Assembly: GCA_021804095.1 (NCBI GenBank)
Contig: JAJZKQ010000002.1
Span: forward strand, 1-55,067
Length of the DNA stretch: 55,067 bases
DNA from: Candidatus Micrarchaeota archaeon
Lineage (GTDB): Archaea > Micrarchaeota > Micrarchaeia > Micrarchaeales > CABMGC01
Reading direction: 5' to 3'
The notes under the pieces: model-generated
What the model saw: only the letters and a program-made list of their open reading frames with translations
What the model was told of the DNA's origin: nothing
The model's database searches: none
In this document: piece after piece, positions 26,674 to 33,979 of the stretch
Layout: each line of letters starts with the position of its first letter
Numbering within the stretch: the stretch's first letter is position 1
Translations under genes and position numbers: made by a program

Positions 26674-27071
26674 TGCCTAATATGCACTCCGCTCAGATCC
26701 GGCAATGCATTACCCAGAGCAGAAGAAATGCTTACTTCAGGTCTTCTCTCGCTCCAGTTTACTATTGTAATATCAATCCTGGCTATTTTTTTTCTATTGT
26801 TTCTGATTATTGATATCTCAGTATGTCTGTCAGCAAACGCCTTATGCTCCAGCCAGTCCGCAATTCTCTCTCTATGTTCATTACCAAAATAGTCATTATC
26901 TCTTACTGCACCATCCCTCACTACGAAGGCGAAATGAATCGAATCGGCTCCTTTTCTTATAATAAGAAATTTGCTATTGCCTCGTACTACTCTCATTACT
27001 TCCTCATGCGTTTCGAGGTTTCTAACAAACAGGCTTCTTTCGGTCTTGTGGGTTTCATGGTGTTTTTCCAT
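26670..27071 (-). CDS. Hypothetical protein (orphan)
   Basis: This is a 133-aa ORF with coding-like composition and no recognisable motif. It is convergent with the M50 protease gene and overlaps it by 4 nt. Confidence 0.35.
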   Translation of the reverse strand: MEKHHETHKTERSLFVRNLETHEEVMRVVRGNSKFLIIRKGADSIHFAFVVRDGAVRDNDYFGNEHRERIADWLEHKAFADRHTEISIIRNNRKKIARIDITIVNWSERRPEVSISSALGNALPDLSGVHIRH

Positions 27072-27293
27072 TCAATCATAAGATGATTTCTGTTTAAGAT
27101 TTAAATTCATGTTCTACAAATTCTAGTTTAGTCTTATAACAAGCAGATGATTATTATAATTATGATAAAATATTAGAATTACTAATATCATGTTAGTATA
27201 AATATGTGGGATTGGATTCTTTTAGATATTCTATTATTATTTTAGAGAGATATACCATAATGGCTATATATCTGTAAATTCAGATGTAATGTC

Positions 27294-28085
27294 ATGGAAA
27301 CTAAACTAAGAGAGAGTTCAGAAGAAAAGCGTTCGAGTATAGGCTTAATACTTAGGACTACTGCATTATCTGTTGCAGTGGCCGGAAGTATAGCTTTACT
27401 GCCTTCTACACTTAGCGTGATAGGCAATACCGGAATCTACGAAGAATCTTTGAAATCAAATACTGTTAGACAAGACAATTCCACTAATGTGCAACAGAAG
27501 AGTAACGGACATCTGAAACACACCCATATGAAAGCGACAGTCAAGGTAGACCGATCAGAGACTGTCACGATGAGCCCAGATCATAGAAAGATCACATACA
27601 CTTTTAAAGTTGATAACAAGAATGTGGCCCACCTGCTTACAGCGACTTCCAAGGGAAAATTGCCTGGGAAATATTATAGGTCTGAGATATACTTCGACCT
27701 TTCCATTGGAGTAGTTAATCTGGACATCTACAATGAAGCTGCCAGAGATTCTGTTGCATCTGGTATGTTCTTTATAGATACAATAGCTAAAAGAGGAGAC
27801 AAGGTGACTCTTGAGATAGCTTATTCAAACACAGGGGAAAAGAACGCGGTGGAGATGGATATACTCAATAATACTAAGAAGACAACATCATATACTACAG
27901 GCCCGATCTCATTGCCGATAGGAAGCAGCTTCGAGGCATTTACAGCTGAAAAGATGATAATAAAGAAAGCGCCTGAGACCGAGCCACAAGCGCCCAAGGA
28001 GAAAAAAGTCCATCCGAATACCCCTATAGACCCACATAAGGAAGCGGAGCTGCATAGCTATCTCTTAGCAATGGTAAAGGATTGA
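27294..28085 (+). CDS. Hypothetical exported/membrane-anchored protein (orphan)
   Basis: It has an N-terminal hydrophobic segment (IGLILRTTALSVAVAGSIALLPSTLSVIG) followed by a soluble domain of about 220 aa with no recognisable family. Confidence 0.4.
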   Translation: METKLRESSEEKRSSIGLILRTTALSVAVAGSIALLPSTLSVIGNTGIYEESLKSNTVRQDNSTNVQQKSNGHLKHTHMKATVKVDRSETVTMSPDHRKITYTFKVDNKNVAHLLTATSKGKLPGKYYRSEIYFDLSIGVVNLDIYNEAARDSVASGMFFIDTIAKRGDKVTLEIAYSNTGEKNAVEMDILNNTKKTTSYTTGPISLPIGSSFEAFTAEKMIIKKAPETEPQAPKEKKVHPNTPIDPHKEAELHSYLLAMVKD

Positions 28086-28858
28086 AATTTCATGATTATG
28101 AAATTAGGATTTGTTGGCATTTGTTTTAATCCGTTTTCATTTTTATGATATGAAAGTAGATTTGGAAAAAGTATCTCATTTCAAATTAATGAGAATTAAC
28201 TGGCTATTGTGAAGCCATCCCTATTATTTAAGAAAGGAGATATTTTTTCAGGCATTTATTCACAAGGGCCTTTTTTGTATCATATCTATGAAAAATGAAA
28301 ATATCATTTCAATAAAATGAAATTACATATGCTTCATTTAAAAGATCATCAGTTTTAGGCATTATGATAGTTCCGACGACAAAATTACCGCCTAATTTTA
28401 GCTTCAAGCTCATTATTTTCACCATTCGATAATTTATATGGGTAGAAGATCTTGCAGCCTTGGGCAATTCTGTTCAATCCATGCATTGATAAAATACTAT
28501 TAGATTTTCTAGTATAATTCATACCAGATTCAATATTTCTGGCAACGCAACGCCTGGAAACCTGGCAGGTTTTTGGTTAAGTTTTTCTATAAGTAGCAAG
28601 ACTCTTATTCTTACGAGAAAATTCAGGATTGGGTTTTTGATCTACAGATGCTTGCAATTAATAAATTGAAAATAGGCATAATAAAATAGATATAATAATA
28701 TAGTTTAATATTTATTCAGGAAGGAGTATTAGGATATTTAATTCGGTAAGGAGTACTAGGGTAAAAGTTAACAATTCAAAAACATATTAGAAATACTAAA
28801 ATACTATTATCTTTGGCAAAATATTTATATCTATAAAGAGAAATCACTCTCTGATAGT

Positions 28859-29110
28859 ATGGATAAACATATTGGGAGGAGGGAAATTAGGGGTTCAAGC
28901 TGGAAGTTGCCTATAGCCTTAGCTGCAGCTGTTGTTGCGACAGAGCTACTTGCCATGGATGTAGCATATGAAAGAGGGCGTTACATGAGAACAGTAAAAA
29001 ATGATCCTGTTGTACATCTCCTGAATAAAAAATGTGATCCGGGCCTTTTAGACCTAAAGGAGGCGGATCTCTTGATTAAAGGATGCAGGGACGCTGTCCG
29101 GAAGGAATAG
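28859..29110 (+). CDS. Small single-pass membrane protein (83 aa), paralog of 30058..30219
   Basis: The ORF has a TM helix LPIALAAAVVATELLAM. Its central 107 nt are duplicated perfectly 1.2 kb downstream. Confidence 0.45.
   Translation: MDKHIGRREIRGSSWKLPIALAAAVVATELLAMDVAYERGRYMRTVKNDPVVHLLNKKCDPGLLDLKEADLLIKGCRDAVRKE
28907..29013. repeat. 107-bp perfect direct repeat, copy 1 (partner 30103..30209)
   Basis: The sequence ttgcctatagccttagctgcagctgttgttgcgacagagctacttgccatggatgtagcatatgaaagagggcgttacatgagaacagtaaaaaatgatcctgttgt is identical in both copies. An extra 12-mer, ataaacatattg, is shared upstream (28863-28874 and 30094-30105). Confidence 0.95.
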
Positions 29111-29195
29111 AATACATAATCTTATAAAATATTAGATTTTCTATTACTTTTTTAGAATTGTCTTATTTTCTTCTGATAGACTATCTCATCACTGG

Positions 29196-29495
29196 ACAGT
29201 AAGTTTTGATCCTGAAAGCAAAAATGTACTTGGATCTACGATTCGCGACCAAGAATATCGCAAGAGACCGGCTGACAGGCGCCCTGTTCTTACTGTAACC
29301 ATGATTCTAGACAGGGAAGTTTTGGCCAATACTGATAGTGATGTAAGTATAGATTTTGCTGGATTAGTTCAGCCTTTAGTTGACGCCAGTAAGCTAGGGG
29401 TTTATATAAGTCAAACGCGAGCATTATTTGATGTTGGGACTCTTGAGGAATTTCAGGAGGCAGAGGCGTATTTCAAAAGGTTAAGGCGTGGGTAA
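29196..29495 (+). pseudogene. 5'-truncated sugar-phosphate nucleotidyltransferase (C-terminal third only)
   Basis: The open frame VSFDPESKNVLGSTIRDQEYRKRP...VTMILDREVL...KLGVYISQTRALFDVGTLEEFQEAEAYF matches the C-terminal part of NTP_transferase enzymes (v.fde.g.v..f.EKP...n.GiY......w.DiGtpedy.eA). The N-terminal GxGxR nucleotide-binding half is absent. Confidence 0.5.
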
Positions 29496-30027
29496 TGTAA
29501 TGGAAAGAATATTGTTTGAGGGTGGGCCAGTAAAAATAGAAGCCGAGGAAGTAGAGATAAATGGAAATAAACGGGAATTTGTCAGAGTTGTCCAACCTGA
29601 TTTCGTAGTAATTCTTGCAATATCAGATGGCAATGTCTTCTTGGAAAAGATGTACCGACGTGGGATTAAGAAAGATAGTTACGAACTTCCTGCAGGATTT
29701 ATTGAGGAAGGCGAAAAACCAGAGGATGCAGCAAAAAGGGAACTGGAGGAGGAAACGGGGTTCAGACCATCTAAAGTCACGTTATTGTTCAAGGCATACC
29801 AGGCACCTGCAAGAATATCAAGCCTCATCTATTTCTACTTGGCTGAAGGATTAGTAAAAGGAGAGAAGCACCTTGACGAAGGAGAACAACTAAACAAGAT
29901 GAATGCATTCACGGTGAGCCTTGATAAATTTGAATCGATGGTTAAAGACAACATAATAGAAGATCAGATGAGTCTTGTTGCATACCTGCATTATAAGAAA
30001 TACAGTACTTGTTTAACTCTGGCATAA
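29488..30027 (+). CDS. NUDIX hydrolase (ADP-ribose/NDP-sugar pyrophosphatase-like)
   Basis: The Nudix box is ELPAGFIEEGEKPEDAAKRELEEETGF (G-x5-E-x7-REUxEExGU). The track start is GTG; an ATG alternative (MERIL) is at 29500. Confidence 0.85.
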   Translation: MGNVMERILFEGGPVKIEAEEVEINGNKREFVRVVQPDFVVILAISDGNVFLEKMYRRGIKKDSYELPAGFIEEGEKPEDAAKRELEEETGFRPSKVTLLFKAYQAPARISSLIYFYLAEGLVKGEKHLDEGEQLNKMNAFTVSLDKFESMVKDNIIEDQMSLVAYLHYKKYSTCLTLA

Positions 30028-30057
30028 ATTCGAGAGTAACATCTTCCTGAGTTCTAC

Positions 30058-30219
30058 ATGTGGCCTGCAACACGTACGGAGGCGAAATCCCCTATAAACA
30101 TATTGCCTATAGCCTTAGCTGCAGCTGTTGTTGCGACAGAGCTACTTGCCATGGATGTAGCATATGAAAGAGGGCGTTACATGAGAACAGTAAAAAATGA
30201 TCCTGTTGTGCATTACTAA
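30058..30219 (+). CDS. Small single-pass membrane protein (53 aa), short paralog of 28859..29110; not in the ORF track
   Basis: My hand translation gives MWPATRTEAKSPINILPIALAAAVVATELLAMDVAYERGRYMRTVKNDPVVHY. The length is 162 nt, in frame, with a TAA stop at 30217-30219. Confidence 0.4.
   Translation: MWPATRTEAKSPINILPIALAAAVVATELLAMDVAYERGRYMRTVKNDPVVHY
30103..30209. repeat. 107-bp perfect direct repeat, copy 2 (partner 28907..29013)
   Basis: I compared the two copies base by base. The first mismatch is at 29014/30210 (a versus g). Confidence 0.95.
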
Positions 30220-30353
30220 ATAACTTCAAATATAGCAAAGGGATAAAAACATATAATTGCATTGTTTAGTAGTAAGGCGTTTCTGAATTTCATGAAACGA
30301 TATTATAATTTTATAAGGCTAGGCTGATACCTAACCTGAAACAAGGTACATCT

Positions 30354-31310
30354 ATGGATATCTCAGATATGTCATGGGCAGAGAAATACAGGCCTCAGCT
30401 TCTGGGAGAGGTTATAGGACAGGAATCGATAGTCTCAAGGCTTAAAGATTTTGTCAAGGCAAGGAATTTTCCAAACATGATATTCACGGGACCTGCAGGC
30501 GTCGGGAAGACAACTTGCGCAATGGCCATGGCTAGAGAGCTATATGGGAATAGGATAGCCGAATCTTTTCTTGAACTGAATGCCAGCGATAGCAGAGGCA
30601 TAGATGTTGTAAGGGGAAAGGTAAAGGAGTTTGCCAGAACTATCTCCATGGATAACGGCACTGTCAAGATAGTCTTTCTGGATGAAGCCGATGCGCTTAC
30701 ATCTGAGGCACAGCATGCCTTAAGGCGCACTATGGAGAGATATTCCTCCGGAACAAGGTTTATAATGAGCGCAAATTACTCAAGCAAGATAATAGATCCC
30801 ATACAGAGCAGGTGTGTTGTCTTCAGATTCAAGCCGCTCAAGGAAGAAGAGATGAAGAAGTATATACTCAGGATTGCTGAAAAAGAAGGTTTTACCGTGA
30901 ACGACAAAGCAGTTGAGGCGCTTCTGTATGTCAGCGACGGAGACCTGAGAAGGCTGACTAACACAATGCAGAGCGTGGCAGTCTCAGGCAACGGGATAAC
31001 TGAAGAGGCAATATATGATATAGCTGCACGTGCAAGACCGAAAGAGATAGTTGCCATGCTAAGATATGCTATTTCAGGAGATTTTGAAAAGGCAAGAAAC
31101 GAGCTGAATACGCTTATACTTATACATGGAATGAGCGGCGAGGACATACTTCTGCAGTGCTACAGAGAGGCCATGAATCTCGACGTAGAGGACAAAAAGA
31201 AATTGAGGATTATAAGCAATATTGGCGAATGCAATTTCAGGATAGTAGAAGGCGCTAATGATAAAATACAGTTAGAGGCAATGCTTGCCAATTTCGCTCT
31301 TTTGAAATGA
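30354..31310 (+). CDS. rfcS: Replication factor C small subunit
   Basis: The motifs are WAEKYRP, FTGPAGVGKTT (Walker A), VFLDEADALT (Walker B), SRC (QSRC) and the RFC box VIII region. Confidence 0.95.
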   Translation: MDISDMSWAEKYRPQLLGEVIGQESIVSRLKDFVKARNFPNMIFTGPAGVGKTTCAMAMARELYGNRIAESFLELNASDSRGIDVVRGKVKEFARTISMDNGTVKIVFLDEADALTSEAQHALRRTMERYSSGTRFIMSANYSSKIIDPIQSRCVVFRFKPLKEEEMKKYILRIAEKEGFTVNDKAVEALLYVSDGDLRRLTNTMQSVAVSGNGITEEAIYDIAARARPKEIVAMLRYAISGDFEKARNELNTLILIHGMSGEDILLQCYREAMNLDVEDKKKLRIISNIGECNFRIVEGANDKIQLEAMLANFALLK

Positions 31311-31369
31311 AATGGGTTTTATTCCTTAGAAAAATGTTAGGCTTAGATTAAAATATTCTGGCGAAAATT

Positions 31370-32119
31370 ATGGATGAGGCAATTGACATACATGTGCATA
31401 TAGGCGAAGACAAAGATGGTGCTAAACAGAATCTTGCACAGTTGAAGAAGAACATGGCAGCTTACGGCATAAGCCATGCTGCAATATTCCCTTTCGATGA
31501 AAAGGAAGGAAATCTCGTAAAGGCAAGCGAACGGCTTCTTGGAGTTAAAAATAGACAGTTTCTTCCATTTCTCAGATTTGATCCGAAACAGGTAAAGCCA
31601 GGGCAGATAAACGCCTCGCTTTCAAAAGGGTTTTACGGTGTAAAGCTTCATCCCAGGGCACAGAATTTCGATCCTCTCGACAGAAAATATTATTGGATAT
31701 ACAAAGAGATAGAGGAATCAGGAAAGCCAATATTGTTTCACACGAGAAAGACAGTACCTACATTCATGCGCTTCAAGAAATACAAGGCCTCGTTTTTTGA
31801 TCCTGACAGGATAGTCAAGCTTGCAGAAAAGTTTCCAGATGTAGATTTTATCATAGGGCATTTTGCAGGGTTATCCTGGAAGGCTCTTGAAAGTATAAAG
31901 ACCAAGGACAATCTTTACACCGAGACTTCCATATTCGGCACTACATTTGCGGTAAGAAGAGTCGCAGAAAATATAGGAATAGAAAAGATACTGTTCGGCT
32001 CTGACAGCCCTTATTCTGACCAGGAACTTGAACTTCTTAAAATTAAAAAATCAGGCCTTGGAAAGAGTGAGATATCGAAGATTCTCTCTGGAAATGCAAG
32101 GAAATTATTCAAGTTATGA
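31370..32119 (+). CDS. Amidohydrolase-family (TIM-barrel metal-dependent) hydrolase
   Basis: It has an N-terminal IDIHVHIG (HxH) motif, then KLHPRAQNF, FHTR, IGHFAG and GSDSPY, the metal-ligand pattern of amidohydrolase_2/COG2159 proteins. Confidence 0.7.
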   Translation: MDEAIDIHVHIGEDKDGAKQNLAQLKKNMAAYGISHAAIFPFDEKEGNLVKASERLLGVKNRQFLPFLRFDPKQVKPGQINASLSKGFYGVKLHPRAQNFDPLDRKYYWIYKEIEESGKPILFHTRKTVPTFMRFKKYKASFFDPDRIVKLAEKFPDVDFIIGHFAGLSWKALESIKTKDNLYTETSIFGTTFAVRRVAENIGIEKILFGSDSPYSDQELELLKIKKSGLGKSEISKILSGNARKLFKL

Positions 32120-32269
32120 TTCTTCTTCTGAATCAGAATCTTCGTCCCTCTGCCTGAAGCCGCAACTGCATCCGCAGCTGCAGTTTTTCTTGCAGACACA
32201 TCCGCCATAGCAGCCGCACCTGCATGCTCCTCCACATTCACATCCGGATCCCGGACCTTGGTTTGGCAT
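32114..32269 (-). CDS. Cys-rich metallothionein-like small protein (51 aa from the MPNQ start)
   Basis: The translation is MPNQGPGSGCECGGACRCGCYGGCVCKKNCSCGCSCGFRQRDEDSDSEEES. It has 11 Cys within 28 residues, arranged as CxC / CxCxC / CxC / CxCxCxC, plus an acidic tail. The ORF fills the otherwise empty gap between the amidohydrolase gene and the pilin gene. The 79-aa version in the track starts further upstream. Confidence 0.5.
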   Translation of the reverse strand: MPNQGPGSGCECGGACRCGCYGGCVCKKNCSCGCSCGFRQRDEDSDSEEES

Positions 32270-32328
32270 GATAAAAGTATTTCCCAAAAAGTATAAAAGA
32301 TGTCCCTTTTCAATATATCCAAAACGTA

Positions 32329-32404
32329 TGAAAGGCATGGAAGGAATCCGCAAGTCACAATCGGCAATGGAATACCTGATGACCTATGGCTGGGCCATAC
32401 TCAT
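32329..32404. repeat. 76-bp perfect direct repeat, copy 1 (partner 33437..33512): pilin leader cassette
   Basis: The sequence tgaaaggcATGgaaggaatccgcaagtcacaatcggcaatggaatacctgatgacctatggctgggccatactcat is identical in both genes. It includes 8 nt upstream of the ATG. Confidence 0.95.
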
Positions 32405-33296
32405 CATCGCTGTTGTGCTCGGAGCGCTATTTAGCCTCGGAATCTTCAATCCAGCATTTCTTGCGCCAAAGGTCCAGCCTGGAAGCTGTCAGGTAGAGCG
32501 GCCTAATGGCCCTGGAACTTCAGCATACATCTCTATTCAGGGCAATTGTCACAACGAACTTCCTGAATATGTGGGAGTTTTCAACCATAAATATTCGATA
32601 GTAATTAATACGCAGACATCTGGGTCTGGTACCTTAGCGGCTCCACTTAACAATCAGCCAGATTTTACAATCACAGCATGGGTAAATCCCAACAACGAGA
32701 GCGGGATGAACATTTATACTGAAGGCATTCCTTCCATAACTTTACAGTTTGGTATCGGGAGTAATGTAGTCAATATTCCTTCCGGAGAAAGTTCCGGTAT
32801 CGGTTTAGATGAATGGAATCTTAATAATCAACCAGACAACTGGGCAGGAGGCGCAGTGACATACACGGTGCCGCCTCATCAATGGACATTTGTAGCGGTA
32901 ACTTTATCCAATGGCGGAGTGGGTACTGGCACCGAAACGTTTTATGTTAACGGACAGAAGATAGGAACCTCTTCCGGCCAGGAGGAGTACAATCCGGGCA
33001 CTTACTATTTCGGAATCGGGAGCAATACCGGAGCTTACCTTGGCGGGACTCAGGGCACTCTCAGTTTCAATGGCTCTATAGCCAACCTTCAGATTTATAA
33101 TGCGTCTCTGAGTCCTGCTGCAATAGCATATCTGTACAGGGCAGGCATAGGCGGAGACCCGACAAGCCTAAATCATCTTGTAGGATGGTGGCCTCTTAAC
33201 GGAAACGCCAATGATTATTCAGGAAATGGCAATAACGGAGTTAATGCCAATATAATATACACAAACGGATGGACATACGAATATACCGCACCGTGA
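32337..33296 (+). CDS. Class III signal peptide (archaeal type IV pilin-like) protein with a LamG/concanavalin-A-like lectin domain
   Basis: The N-terminus MEGIRKSQSAMEYLMTYGWAILIIAVVLGALF shows the QxSxEyLxxxxxxxxx class III signal motif. The C-terminal part (FTITAWVNP...WTFVAVTL...FYVNG...FNGSIANLQIYNASLS...LVGWWPLNGNANDYSGNGNNG) follows the Laminin_G_3-type pattern. The start is chosen by homology with the downstream paralog; the track start is 32268. Confidence 0.7.
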   Translation: MEGIRKSQSAMEYLMTYGWAILIIAVVLGALFSLGIFNPAFLAPKVQPGSCQVERPNGPGTSAYISIQGNCHNELPEYVGVFNHKYSIVINTQTSGSGTLAAPLNNQPDFTITAWVNPNNESGMNIYTEGIPSITLQFGIGSNVVNIPSGESSGIGLDEWNLNNQPDNWAGGAVTYTVPPHQWTFVAVTLSNGGVGTGTETFYVNGQKIGTSSGQEEYNPGTYYFGIGSNTGAYLGGTQGTLSFNGSIANLQIYNASLSPAAIAYLYRAGIGGDPTSLNHLVGWWPLNGNANDYSGNGNNGVNANIIYTNGWTYEYTAP

Positions 33297-33436
33297 ATTA
33301 CATGAATTATAAATGTTTTTAATATTTTTTCCTTTAGGCCAGATATTCAAAACCCTTCTTTCTTTTATATTTTATGAAATGATTTTTTTCTTTTCTTTTT
33401 AGCCAAGATTCTTAAACTTTTATATTTAATATAGTC

Positions 33437-33512
33437 TGAAAGGCATGGAAGGAATCCGCAAGTCACAATCGGCAATGGAATACCTGATGACCTATGGCTG
33501 GGCCATACTCAT
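33437..33512. repeat. 76-bp perfect direct repeat, copy 2 (partner 32329..32404)
   Basis: I compared the copies base by base. Divergence starts immediately after ...catactcat. Confidence 0.95.
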
Positions 33513-33924
33513 TTTAGGAATAGTAGCATCTGCGCTGTTTGCACTTGGGATATTCAATCCTGGGCAATCGGCAAGCCAGATCTGCCAGCTTGAAGCCGGA
33601 TTCATATGTGCCAATTACTACATGGTGCAAAACGGCATTTTAACGCTTAATATCATACAATCTACCACTGTTCCTGTAGACATAACAGCTATAGGATGCA
33701 ATACCAACAGTACACTGATAAACACGCAGAATATCGTGCCTTATGATTACATGCCTATAGGCTCAAACGCCACAATAAATGTACAGTGCTATGATGGCTC
33801 TGCTCCTTTTTCAGGAAGGATAAACCAACTCTATCTAGGAAATCTCCAGATTAACTATACTGATGCCACAACAGGGTTTCCCCAGATAATATATGGAAAT
33901 ATAGCTGTACGAATATCCAGGTAA
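33445..33924 (+). CDS. Class III signal peptide (archaeal type IV pilin-like) protein
   Basis: The N-terminus is MEGIRKSQSAMEYLMTYGWAILILGIVASALFALGIF, followed by a domain of about 120 aa with N-x-S/T sequons. Confidence 0.75.
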   Translation: MEGIRKSQSAMEYLMTYGWAILILGIVASALFALGIFNPGQSASQICQLEAGFICANYYMVQNGILTLNIIQSTTVPVDITAIGCNTNSTLINTQNIVPYDYMPIGSNATINVQCYDGSAPFSGRINQLYLGNLQINYTDATTGFPQIIYGNIAVRISR

Positions 33925-33979
33925 TGCAGAAACCCGGATTTTCAACATGAAGAGTTATTTTTTATCTATGCTCTCAGTA

